NCBI RefSeq assembly: GCF_006345805.1
Contig: NC_043003.1
Location: forward strand, 96,720,001 to 96,784,000
DNA length: 64,000 nt
DNA from: Octopus sinensis
Lineage: Eukaryota
Direction: 5' to 3'
Part shown: positions 9,837 to 22,480 of the stretch, piece by piece
How the letters are laid out: the number at the start of each line of letters is the position of its first letter
How positions within the stretch are numbered: position 1 is the stretch's first letter
The notes under the pieces: model-generated
The model's input: the letters and a program-made list of their open reading frames with translations, nothing else
Told to the model about the DNA's origin: nothing
The model's database searches: none
Position numbers and translations under genes: made by a program

Positions 9837-11212
9837 TTATATCAGTGGTTCGGTTTTCTCTTGTTCTTCTAACTCTTTTTCTGGGCCTCGTGGGGGAGTC
9901 TGACGTAGGCCCTCGAATATATGTGGAGATGTCACATCCAATCTAAGTGGGCCTACGTCATGGAAGAATTCTGACTTTATCCGCCCGTAATCCTTCCGGC
10001 CTATTCTGTAAATTACAAAGTCGTTTTTTTTCTCTACTTTCTCCACTTTGGCCATGGCTGCCAACACGTTTCCGAGTCTGCTATTTGCTGCCTTTACGGC
10101 CATATATGAGTTCATTGACTCTTTTTTCTGTTTTAAAATTACTCTGGGAGGGGTGGTTTCCGTTTTTCTTTTTTTTTTTCCGATAATTTTTTCCCACCCC
10201 TCCTCATTTATCTTTTCCTCGCTCTTTTTTTTTCCGCCGCTGGTTCTGCTGTCACCGTCACCTCCACACCTTCAGTCTTCCCTTCTGGGCCGTCTGACGC
10301 TGCTTCTGGTGACACATTGTCTTCTTTTTCTTTTGGCTTAGGTGCTTCCTGCGGTTTGGGTTGGGGTTGGCATTCCGCCCTTACATGACCCTTCTTGCCG
10401 CAGCCGAAGCACCTCGGTTTCCTGCCCTCCACGAACACTGTTATTTTCTCGTCTTCACTAATCTTTACCGTTTCTGGAATTTCTTCCAGTGTTTGCACCT
10501 CCGCCTGAATGGCTATCACTATTTTTGGCCTTTCCAAAAATCCTCTTCCTCCACTGTGGCCTGGAGGATGTTTATTTTTTCCTCCAGACCTACCATCACT
10601 GCTGCCACCAGACATTCAGCATCAGCCTCTGGCGGTATGTTGTTCATTGAAATTTTTGACGTCCTTTTTCCTTTATACAATGGTAGTAAGACAATGTTTT
10701 CCGCTTTGATCGGCTCCATCGATAGTTTCTTCGCTATATCCTCCGTAGTAAAACGCACCTCCACTGTGCCGTATCTTTTTCCTCTGTTTATATACGTTAT
10801 TTTGTCCATAAACGGTTTTAGACAAGACTCTATTTTTTTTTCTTCGATTTTTTGGATCATTTTTTTCGTTGTGTCGTAAGTTTTATATATTATTCTTTTT
10901 TTTCTATATCGTCATGTATTTGTATGTTTGTGGCCACAGTCACTTCTGTGCCTTCTTTTTTTACGCAGTCTGCAAATTTTTTAAAATTGTCTATATTTAT
11001 TTTTTTGATCTTTTTCCCAGCCACTTCAGCGAATTTTTTGCTGGAGTTGATGCTGGTACTGGTTTTTCCATTCTCTTGGGCGACGCCGCCTCTTTTTTCT
11101 TCGGCGACAGCGCCTCTTTTTTTCTTGGCGACAACGCCTCTTTTTTACTTGGCGACAACGCCGGGTATTCATCCTCGCTCGTCACGGGCGAATAAGTGAT
11201 GGGGGACTCCAT
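9837..11212 (-). CDS. ORF1 family a of U3, broken by several indels in homopolymer runs
   Basis: Track fragments 9837-10115, 10208-10615, 10519-10860 and 10997-11461 tile the U1 ORF1a sequence. Confidence 0.82.
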
Positions 11213-11442
11213 CTTGAACAAATGGCTTATAACAAGCCTTTGGTAAATCCAAATTAATTGTAGTTTTCCCCCACTGAGGGGGGAACACCAACGCGAAGTC
11301 TTCGCGCGAAGGCTGGCTTCGTCCGTTAGACAACAATAGACAAAAACAGGTAGATCAACAGTATATAATAACAGAGATAATAGTACGAGAGCAAAATTAT
11401 ATATCAACTTACTAATAACGCAAAAAATTGATTTCCGCCGTG

Positions 11443-13367
11443 TTGTTTTATTATTACCCACTAGGGGCTACATAGATGGGACAATACAATCGGGAAAATG
11501 AATAATGAATTATGAAGTTTGTACAATGTGGTGCAATGCCCACTCGATCCCCGTAATCGAGCGGTTACATTTCGTCATTTATTTTTATTCGTCAACAATA
11601 TTTTCAAATAAAACATTTTATACATTTTCAACATACATTTCAAAAAGTTTTACAAAGTTCAACATTTCTTTTTGTTTTTTTTTTTTCCGAATTTAAAGTT
11701 CTTTTATCATTTCCAAATTAAAGTTTTCACAATACCTTTTCTTTTATATATACTCCATTATGTCTACCAAATCTGAGTAAATTTCCATCGTTCGAGGCCA
11801 CCTTGGAAGTCGGCATTTCATATGTTTTAACACGTTCTCGCCAGCTGCCTCGATGAACGCCTCGGCGTCGTTCTCGTGGACGAGTGCACCTGTTTCTTTC
11901 CATTCGGTGCCCATCCTGACCCACGTATATCCGTTTGTTTCGCTTATTAAATTTTCCATCTCCTCACAGTGCTTGTGATGGATCAACGTTCCATAGTATT
12001 TGAATTTTCTATTCGTACCTGCGTTTTCTCTAGTTTTTCTCTTAGGACTTACTTCCTCTTTTTTCTCCTCCCTTGGTTTCTCTCTTTCTCTCTTTTTGCT
12101 TTCTCTTCTTTCTTTTTCCTTCTCTTGTCTTTTTGGCTCTTTGTCTGCCGTCTCTCTACCCTGTGCCTTAAGTTCCTTTCCTGTTGTTTCTTTTCCTTTT
12201 TGCATACCATCTTTTCCTTTCTCTTGGTTCTGTTCCTTCTCTTGTTCTTTTCCTGCCTTTTCTCTTTCCTTTAATGTACTTTCCTTTTCTTTCTCTTGCT
12301 TCTGCCTTGGCTCCTTCTCCTCTACTTCTGCACCCTGTGACTTTTGCTCCTTTTCTACTATCTTCTTCCCTTTGTTTTCATTTTCCTTCAGTGCGCTGTT
12401 ACTTCCCTTCTCTTGTTGTTTCTCCGTTATTTCCTTTTCCTTGTTTTCGCTGTTCTTTCCTTCGTGTTCGTTTTCCTTCTCTCCACTTTGTGTCTCTTTT
12501 TGCTCCGCTGTGACTTCATACAGCGGACATTCCTTTTTTATGTGCCCTCTTGAACCGCACAGGTAGCAATTCGGTTTTCTGCCTTCCACTATTACACTAA
12601 TTGTTTTTTCGTTTTCTATTTCTATTTGGAAGGGAAATCTTTCGATGTCTTCAATTGTGGCCATCAGCCACAACTCGACTCCGAATCCCTTCCAATTTAC
12701 AACGTCGTCTCCTTAATTGACCCTATTTCTACTTCCTCTTTTGCTGCTCCAATAATGGCTGTTACCAGCATTTCTGTTTTAATATTTGGGGGCACCTTTG
12801 GGACTCTTACCCGTACCCCTCGTCTTCCTTTATACGTCGGCCACATGGTGAAATTTTCCGCTTTCAGGACAGTGGAAGCCAATGAGGCCGCCACTTCCTT
12901 TGTTGCGCATCTCACCTCCACCGTACCATATTTCTTTCCTCTGTCTACAAAAGTCGCTTTTTTCATGATGTCCCCCAGACATTTCTCTATTTCTTCAATC
13001 GTCACTCTCACCAGTTTTCTCGTGTTTCTATCTTGCGTTCTATACGTTATCGTCATGTTATTTTTCTCTTCTATTGTTTCCACAGGCGGGACCAGCTTCA
13101 CGCTGTCACCCTCCCTTTTGACGAACTTCTCGTATTCCTTCAATTGTTCTTTTCTAAAGAACACTTCTTTTATTCTAAGTGACTCGTCACTTTTTGTTGT
13201 GGCGACCCCCGCGTAAGTCTCCATGACTTGAGGGTCGACACACCTTCTATAAAAGGTTCAAACACGCAGCGGCAAACGCCTCGCGCGATTCAATTTTTGA
13301 CAATTTTTTAACAGTTTTTTTCCAAAGTTTCACATGCAAAAAATAACTCACAACACACTTGGGTAAA
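11443..13367 (-). mobile_element. Array unit U4: ORF1-only element, family c (ORF1 11744-13224, frameshifted near 12700)
   Basis: METYAGV start, CYLCGSRGHIKKEC knuckle, no RT; bounded by target 11-mers. Confidence 0.9.
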
Positions 13368-13378
13368 TTTCCGCCGTG

Positions 13379-15295
13379 TTGTTTTATTATTACCCACTAG
13401 GGGCTACATAGATGGGACAATACAATCGGGAAAATGAATAATGAATTATGAAGTTTGTACAATGTGGTGCAATGCCCACTCGATCCCCGAAATCGAGCGG
13501 TTACATTTCGTCATTTATTTTTATTCGTCAACAATATTTTCAAATAAAACATTTTATACATTTTCAACATACATTTCAAAAAGTTTTACAAAGTTCAACA
13601 TTTCTTTTTTTTTTTTTTTTCCGAATTTAAAGTTCTTTTATCATTTCCAAATTAAGTTTTCACAATACCTTTTCTTTTATATATACTCCATTATGTCTAC
13701 CAAATCTGAGTAAACTTCCATCGTTCGAGGCCACCTTGGAAGTCGGCATTTCATATGTTTTAACACGTTCTCGCCAGCTGCCTCGATGAACGCCTCGGCG
13801 TCGTTCTCGTGGACGAGTGCACCTGTTTCTTTCCATTCGGTGCCCATCCTGACCCACGTATATCCGTTTGTTTCGCTTATTAAATCTTCCATCTCCTCAC
13901 AGTGCTTGTGATGGATCAACGTTCCATAGTATTTGAATTTTCTATTCGTACCTACGTTTTCTCTAGTTTTTCTCTTAGGACTTACTTCCTCTTTTTTCTC
14001 CTCCCTCGGTTTCTCTCTTTCTCTCTTTTTGCTTTCTCTTCTTTCTTTTTCCTTCTCTTGTCTTTTTGGCTCTTTGTCTGCCGTCTCTCTACCTGTGCCT
14101 TAAGTTCCTTTCCTGTTGTTTCTTTTCCTTTTTGCATACCATCTTTTCCTTTCTCTTGGTTCTGTTCCTTCTCTTGTTCTTTTCCTGCTTTTTCTCTTTC
14201 CTTTAATGTACTTTCCTTTTCTTTCTCTTGCTTCTGCCTTGGCTCCTTCTCCTCTACTTCTGCACCCTGTGACTTTTGCTCCTTTTCTACTATCTTCTTC
14301 CCTTTGTTTTCATTTTCCTTCAGTGCGCTGTTACTCCCTTCTCTTGTTGTTTCTCCGTTATTTCCTTTTCCTTGTTTTCGCTGTTCTTTCCTTCGTGTTC
14401 GTTTTCCTTCTCTCCACTTTGTGTCTCTTTTTGCTCCGCTGTGACTTCATACAGCGGACATTCCTTTTTTATGTGCCCTCTTGAACCGCACAGGTAGCAA
14501 TTCGGTTTTCTGCCTTCCACTATTACACTAATTGTTTTTTCGTTTTCTATTTCTATTGGAAGGGAAATCTTTCGATGTCTTCAATTGTGGCCATCAGCCA
14601 CAACTCGACTCCGAATCCCTTCCAATTTACAACGTTCGTCTCCTTAATTGACCCTATTTCTACTTCCTCTTTTGCTGCTCCAATAATGGCTGTTACCAGC
14701 ATTTCTGTTTTAATATTTGGGGGCACCTTTGGGACTCTTACCGTACCCCTCGTCTTCCTTATACGTCGGCCACATGGTGAAATTTTCCGCTTTCAGGACA
14801 GTGGAAGCCAATGAGGCCGCCACTTCCTTTGTTGCGCATCTCACCTCCACCGTACCATATTTCTTCCTCTGTCTACAAAAGTCGCTTTTTTCATGATGTC
14901 CCCCAGACATTTCTCTATTTCTTCAATCGTCACTCTCACCAGTTTTCTCGTGTTTCTATCTTGCGTTCTATACGTTATCGTCATGTTATTTTTCTCTTCT
15001 ATTGTTTCCACAGGCGGGACCAGCTTCACGCTGTCACCCTCCCTTTTGACGAACTTCTCGTATTCCTTCAATTGTTCTTTTCTAAAGAACACTTCTTTTA
15101 TTCTAAGTGACTCGTCACTTTTTGTTGTGGCGACCCCCGCGTAAGTCTCCATGACTTGAGGGTCGACACACCTTCTATAAAAGGTTCAAACACGCAGCGG
15201 CAAACGCCTCGCGCGATTCAATTTTTGACAATTTTTTAACAGTTTTTTTCCAAAGTTTCACATGCAAAAAATAACTCACAACACACTTGGGTAAA
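13379..15295 (-). mobile_element. Array unit U5: ORF1-only element, family c (ORF1 13677-15152, several small indels)
   Basis: Near-identical to U4; bounded by target 11-mers. Confidence 0.9.
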
Positions 15296-15306
15296 TTTCC
15301 GCCGTG

Positions 15307-17076
15307 TGATTTTATTACTACCCACAAGGGGCGAACATAGAGGGGACAATACAATCGAGGAACTTAAAATAAGAAAGCGAAATGACAAGAAAAGGAAAAA
15401 ATTAAAAGTAAAAAATGACATATGAAAGAATATTTACAATGAGATGTAAATGCCCACTCGATCCCCGAAATCGAGAGGTTACATTTTCGTCACATATATT
15501 TTACAATATTTTCTTTTTTTTTTTTTTCTTCTTTCTTCTCTCTCTTCTCACAATTTTATACGTATTCCATAATACCTTTCAAGTCTCTAAAGTCAATCAC
15601 TGAGCCCTCAGGCAGCCGCTTTCATTCGAACACCCGTGTAAAAAATACACTCTCTCCAGCTGCTCTGAGGAACTCAGCGACTCTTTCTTCGGGGATCAGA
15701 GCAGTCTCCTGCCACTGATCAGTCATCCTGTTGACCCACACATGTCCCTCCGTACTACATGTCAATTCCTTCATTTCAGGGGTGAAATGGAAGGTTATTA
15801 ACTTGTAGTAATCTTGTTTTCGTCCTACGTTTTCCCTCGTTTTTCTTTTCGGGCTTACTTCTTCCTTGTTCTCCTCTCTTTGTTTCTCTCTTTCTCTCTT
15901 TTTGCTTTCTTCTTTCTTCTTCCTTCTCTTGTCTTTTTGGTTCTTTGTCTGTTCTCTCTTTCTCTCGTGTTTTATGTTCCTTTTCTTTTTCTTTTTGTGT
16001 GCCGTCTTTTCTTTTCGTTTGATTCTGATCTCTCTCTTGTTTTTTTCCTGTTGTTTCTTTTTCCTTTTTCTTTTCCTGACTCTGTTTTGGTTCCATTTCT
16101 TTCTTTTCTTTTATATCTTTTTCTTTCGTTGACTTATTATTTCCTTTCTCTTGTTGTTTTGTCTCCTTTTCTATGTTTTCTTTTTCATTTACCTTATTCT
16201 TCCTTTCTTCAAGTTCCTGCTCGTACTCCGCTATGAATTCGTATAGCGGGCACTCTTTTTTAATGTGCCCCCTTGTCCCGCACAAGTAGCAGTTTGGCTT
16301 TCTACCCCTACAATTACACTGAGGGTTTTCTCGTCTTCGATTTCTATTCTGTAGGGGAACCTTTCAATGTCCTCTTTTGTGGCCATCAAACACAGTTCTA
16401 CCCCATATCCTCTCCAGTTTACTGCATTGGACTCCTTAAAGGATTCCACCTCCACTTCCTCTTCTGCTGCTCCCAGAATAGCTGTTGCCAGCCACTCTGT
16501 TTTTATTTCTGGGGGTATATTCGGGATTTTAACCCGGACCCCTCTTCTTCCCTTGTATGAGGGCCACATTATGAATGTTTCCGCTCTTAGAACAGTGGTA
16601 GCCAGTGAGGCTGCAATTTCTTCCGTTGCACATCTCACCTCCACCGTACCAAATTTTTTTCCTCTACTCACGTAGGTCGATTTATCCATTATGTCTCCCA
16701 GACATTTTTCGATCTCTGCTATCTCCACTCTTGCCAGTTTCTTTGTACTTTTGTCCTGGGTTCTATACGTTACAGTTTTGTTTTCTTTGTCCTCTTTTGC
16801 TTTCGCGGGGGGGATTAGCTTCACGCTATCACCCTCCCTTTTGAATAGCTTTTCGTATTCTTTGAGTTTATTCTTCTCAAAGAAAACATCCTTCACGACT
16901 ATCGAGCAATCATTACTTCTCTTTCCCGTGACCCCCGCGTAAGTCGCCATGACTAGAGGGTCAATTCACCTTCTTCGGAAGGTTTCCACACGTAGAGGCA
17001 AACGCCTCGCGCGATAATTATCAATTTACACAACAAAATTCCTGTCTAGTCACAGATAACAACACACTTGGGTAAA
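15307..17076 (-). mobile_element. Array unit U6: ORF1-only element, family b variant (ORF1 15556-16950, frameshifted)
   Basis: MATYAGV start, ends GIMEYV; similar to U2 but a distinct variant. Confidence 0.9.
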
Positions 17077-17087
17077 TTTCCGCCGTG

Positions 17088-18878
17088 GGATTTTATTACT
17101 ACCCACAAGGGGCGAACATAGAGGGGACAATACAATCGAGGAACTTAAAATAAGAAAGCGAAATGACAAGAAAAGGAAAAAATTAAAAGTAAAAAATGAC
17201 ATATGAAAGAATATTTACAATGAGATGTAAATGCCCACTCGATCCCCGAAATCGAGAGGTTACATTTTCGTCACATATATTTTACAATATTTTCTTTTTT
17301 TTTTTTTTCTTCTTTTTCTCTCTCTTCTCACAATTTTATACGTATTCCATAATACCTTTCAAGTCTCTAAAGTCAATCACTGAGCCCTCAGGCAGCCGCT
17401 CTTTCATTCGAACACCCGTGTAAAAAATTACACTCTCTCCAGCTGCTCTGAGGAACTCAGCGACTCTTTCTTCGGGGATCAGAGCAGTCTCCTGCCACTG
17501 ATCAGTCATCCTGTTGACCCACACATGTCCCTCCGTACTACATGTCAATTCCTTCATTTCAGGGGTGAAATGGAAGGTTATTAACTTGTAGTAATCTTGT
17601 TTTCGTCCTACGTTTTCCCTCGTTTTTCTTTTCGGGCTTACTTCTTCCTTGTTCTCCTCTCTTTGTTTCTCTCTTTCTCTCTTTTTGCTTTCTTTTCTTT
17701 CTTCTTCCTTCTCTTGTCTTTTTGGTTCTTTGTCTGTTCTCTCTTTCTCTCGTGTTTTATGTTCCTTTTCTTTTTCTTTTTGTGTGCCGTCTTTTCTTTT
17801 CGTTTGATTCTGATCTCTCTCTTGTTTTTTTCCTGTTGTTTCTTTTTCCTTTTTCTTTTCCTGACTCTGTTTTGGTTCCATTTCTTTCTTTTCTTTTATA
17901 TCTTTTTCTTTCGTTGACTATTATTTCCTTTCTCTTGTTGTTTTGTCTCCTTTTCTATGTTTTCTTTTTCATTTACCTTATTCTTCCTTTCTTCAAGTTC
18001 TGCTCGTACTCCGCTATGAATTCGTATAGCGGGCACTCTTTTTTAATGTGCCCCCTTGTCCCGCACAAGTAGCAGTTTGGCTTTCTACCCTCTACAATTA
18101 CACTGAGGGTTTTCTCGTCTTCGATTTCTATTCTGTAGGGGAACCTTTCAATGTCCTCTTTTGTGGCCATCAAACACAGTTCTACCCCATATCCTCTCCA
18201 GTTTACTGCATTGGACTCCTTAAAGGATTCCACCTCCACTTCCTCTTCTGCTGCTCCCAGAATAGCTGTTGCCAGCCACTCTGTTTTTATTTCTGGGGGT
18301 ATATTCGGGATTTTAACCCGGACCCCTCTTCTTCCCTTGTATGAGGGCCACATTATGAATGTTTCCGCTCTTAGAACAGTGGTAGCCAGTGAGGCTGCAA
18401 TTTCTTCCGTTGCACATCTCACCTCCACCGTACCAAATTTTTTTCCTCTACTCACGTAGGTCGATTTATCCATTATGTCTCCCAGACATTTTTCGATCTC
18501 TGCTATCTCCACTCTTGCCAGTTTCTTTGTACTTTTGTCCTGGGTTCTATACGTTACAGTTTTGTTTTCTTTGTCCTCTTTTGCTTTCGCGGGGGGGATT
18601 AGCTTCACGCTATCACCCTCCCTTTTGAATAGCTTTTCGTATTCTTTGAGTTTATTCTTCTCAAAGAAAACATCCTTCACGACTATCGAGCAATCATTAC
18701 TTCTCTTTCCCGTGACCCCCGCGTAAGTCGCCATGACTAGAGGGTCAATTCACCTTCTTCGGAAGGTTTCCACACGTAGAGGCAAACGCCTCGCGCGATA
18801 ATTATCAATTTACACAACAAAATTCTGTCTAGTCACAGATAACAACACGTAAACATATACAACAACACATTGGGTAAA
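17088..18878 (-). mobile_element. Array unit U7: ORF1-only element, family b variant (ORF1 17336-18734)
   Basis: Near-identical to U6; ~20-nt extra segment with a repeated AACAACAC near its 5' end (~18841-18868). Confidence 0.9.
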
Positions 18879-18889
18879 TTTCCGCCGTG

Positions 18890-20686
18890 GGATTTTATTA
18901 CTACCCACAAGGGGCGAACATAGAGGGGACAATACAATCGAGGAACTTAAAATAAGAAAGCGAAATGACAAGAAAAGGAAAAAATTAAAAGTAAAAAATG
19001 ACATATGAAAGAATATTTACAATGAGATGTAAATGCCCACTCGATCCCCGAAATCGAGAGGTTACATTTTCGTCACATATATTTTACAATATTTTCTTTT
19101 TTTTTTTTTTTCTTCTTTCTTCTCTCTCTTCTCACAATTTTATACGTATTCCATAATACCTTTCAAGTCTCTAAAGTCAATCACTGAGCCCTCAGGCAGC
19201 CGCTCTTTCATTCGAACACCCGTGTAAAAAATTACACTCTCTCCAGCTGCTCTGAGGAACTCAGCGACTCTTTCTTCGGGGATCAGAGCAGTCTCCTGCC
19301 ACTGATCAGTCATCCTGTTGACCCACACATGTCCCTCCGTACTACATGTCAATTCCTTCATTTCAGGGGTGAAATGGAAGGTTATTAACTTGTAGTAATC
19401 TTGTTTTCGTCCTACGTTTTCCCTCGTTTTTCTTTTCGGGCTTACTTCTTCCTTGTTCTCCTCTCTTTGTTTCTCTCTTTCTCTCTTTTTGCTTTCTTTT
19501 CTTTCTTCTTCCTTCTCTTGTCTTTTTGGTTCTTTGTCTGTCTCTCTTTCTCTCGTGTTTTATGTTCCTTTTCTTTTTCTTTTTGTGTGCCGTCTTTTCT
19601 TTTCGTTTGATTCTGATCTCTCTCTTGTTTTTTTCCTGTTGTTTCTTTTCCTTTTTGCATACCATCTTTTCCTTTCTCTTGGTTCTGTTCCTTCTCTTGT
19701 TCTTTTCCTGCTTTTTCTCTCTTTCTCTCGTGTTTTATGTTCCTTTTCTTTTTCTTTTTCTTTTTCTTTTTCTTTTTCTTTTTCTTTTTCTTTTTCATTT
19801 ACCTTATTCTTCCTTTCTTCAAGTTCCTGCTCGTACTCCGCTATGAATTCGTATAGCGGGCACTCTTTTTTAATGTGCCCCCTTGTCCCGCACAAGTAGC
19901 AGTTTGGCTTTCTACCCTCTACAATTACACTGAGGGTTTTCTCGTCTTCGATTTCTATTCTGTAGGGGAACCTTTCAATGTCCTCTTTTGTGGCCATCAA
20001 ACACAGTTCTACCCCATATCCTCTCCAGTTTACTGCATTGGACTCCTTAAAGGATTCCACCTCCACTTCCTCTTCTGCTGCTCCAGAATAGCTGTTGCCA
20101 GCCACTCTGTTTTTATTTCTGGGGGTATATTCGGGATTTTAACCGGACCCCCTCTTCTTCCCTTGTATGAGGGCCACATTATGAATGTTTCCGCTCTTAG
20201 AACAGTGGTAGCCAGTGAGGCTGCAATTTCTTCCGTTGCACATCTCACCTCCACCGTACCAAATTTTTTTCCTCTACTCACGTAGGTCGATTTATCCATT
20301 ATGTCTCCCAGACATTTTTCGATCTCTGCTATCTCCACTCTTGCCAGTTTCTTTGTACTTTTGTCCTGGGTTCTATACGTTACAGTTTTGTTTTCTTTGT
20401 CCTCTTTTGCTTTCGCGGGGGGGATTAGCTTCACGCTATCACCCTCCCTTTTGAATAGCTTTTCGTATTCTTTGAGTTTATTCTTCTCAAAGAAAACATC
20501 CTTCACGACTATCGAGCAATCATTACTTCTCTTTCCCGTGACCCCCGCGTAAGTCGCCATGACTAGAGGGTCAATTCACCTTCTTCGGAAGGTTTCCACA
20601 CGTAGAGGCAAACGCCTCGCGCGATAATTATCAATTTACACAACAAAATTCCTGTCTAGTCACAGATAACAACACACTTGGGTAAA
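18890..20686 (-). mobile_element. Array unit U8: ORF1-only element, family b variant with a chimeric internal segment
   Basis: As U6 but with a family-c tract at ~19640-19720 and a (TTTTTC)n run at ~19745-19795. Confidence 0.85.
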
Positions 20687-20697
20687 TTTCCGCCGTG

Positions 20698-22469
20698 GGA
20701 TTTTATTACTACCCACAAGGGGCGAACATAGAGGGGACAATACAATCGAGGAACTTAAAATAAGAAAGCGAAATGACAAGAAAAGGAAAAAATTAAAAGT
20801 AAAAAATGACATATGAAAGAATATTTACAATGAGATGTAAATGCCCACTCGATCCCCGAAATCGAGAGGTTACATTTTCGTCACATATATTTTACAATAT
20901 TTTCTTTTTTTTTTTTTTTTCTTTTTCTTCTCTCTCTTCTCACAATTTTATACGTATTCCATAATACCTTTCAAGTCTCTAAAGTCAATCACTGAGCCCT
21001 CAGGCAGCCGCTCTTTCATTCGAACACCCGTGTAAAAAATTACACTCTCTCCAGCTGCTCTGAGGAACTCAGCGACTCTTTCTTCGGGGATCAGAGCAGT
21101 CTCCTGCCACTGATCAGTCATCCTGTTGACCCACACATGTCCCTCCGTACTACATGTCAATTCCTTCATTTCAGGGGTGAAATGGAAGGTTATTAACTTG
21201 TAGTAATCTTGTTTTCGTCCTACGTTTTCCCTCGTTTTTCTTTTCGGGCTTACTTCTTCCTTGTTCTCCTCTCTTTGTTTCTCTCTTTCTCTCTTTTTGC
21301 TTTCTTTTCTTTCTTCTTCCTTCTCTTGTTTTTGGTTCTTTGTCTGTTCTCTCTTTCTCTCGTGTTTTATGTTCCTTTTCTTTTTCTTTTTGTGTGCCGT
21401 CTTTTCTTTTCGTTTGATTCTGATCTCTCTCTTGTTTTTTTCCTGTTGTTTCTTTTCCTTTTTCTTTTCCTGACTCTGTTTTGGTTCCATTTCTTTCTTT
21501 TCTTTTATATCTTTTTCTTTCGTTGACTTATTATTTCCTTTCTCTTGTTGTTTTGTCTCCTTTTCTATGTTTTCTTTTTCATTTACCTTATTCTTCCTTT
21601 CTTCAAGTTCCTGCTCGTACTCCGCTATGAATCGTATAGCGGGCACTCTTTTTTAATGTGCCCCCTTGTCCCGCACAAGTAGCAGTTTGGCTTTCTACCC
21701 TCTACAATTACACTGAGGGTTTTCTCGTCTTCGATTTCTATTCTGTAGGGGAACCTTTCAATGTCCTCTTTTGTGGCCATCAAACACAGTTCTACCCCAT
21801 ATCCTCTCCAGTTTACTGCATTGGACTCCTTAAAGGATTCCACCTCCACTTCCTCTTCTGCTGCTCCCAGAATAGCTGTTGCCAGCCACTCTGTTTTTAT
21901 TTCTGGGGGTATATTCGGGATTTTAACCGGACCCCCTCTTCTTCCCTTGTATGAGGGCCACATTATGAATGTTTCCGCTCTTAGAACAGTGGTAGCCAGT
22001 GAGGCTGCAATTTCTTCCGTTGCACATCTCACCTCCACCGTACCAAATTTTTTTCCTCTACTCACGTAGGTCGATTTATCCATTATGTCTCCCAGACATT
22101 TTTCGATCTCTGCTATCTCCACTCTTGCCAGTTTCTTTGTACTTTTGTCCTGGGTTCTATACGTTACAGTTTTGTTTTCTTTGTCCTCTTTTGCTTTCGC
22201 GGGGGGGATTAGCTTCACGCTATCACCCTCCCTTTTGAATAGCTTTTCGTATTCTTTGAGTTTATTCTTCTCAAAGAAAACATCCTTCACGACTATCGAG
22301 CAATCATTACTTCTCTTTCCCGTGACCCCCGCGTAAGTCGCCATGACTAGAGGGTCAATTCACCTTCTTCGGAAGGTTTCCACACGTAGAGGCAAACGCC
22401 TCGCGCGATAATTATCAATTTACACAACAAAATTCCTGTCTAGTCACAGATAACAACACACTGGGTAAA
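20698..22469 (-). mobile_element. Array unit U9: ORF1-only element, family b variant (ORF1 20948-22344)
   Basis: Near-identical to U6/U7; bounded by target 11-mers. Confidence 0.9.
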
Positions 22470-22480
22470 TTTCCGCCGTG

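Larger units (their letters stand above)
6193..11431 (-). mobile_element. Array unit U3: full-length autonomous Tx1/L1-clade element, 5.24 kb
   Basis: 5' UTR, ORF1a, 8-nt spacer, ORF2, 240-nt 3' UTR; bounded by target 11-mers at 6182 and 11432. Confidence 0.95.

Noticed and set aside
4406-11431. U2+U3 as one element with two ORF1s
   Set aside because: A target 11-mer and a separate 3' tag lie between them, and a solo ORF1-only copy has its own TSD.
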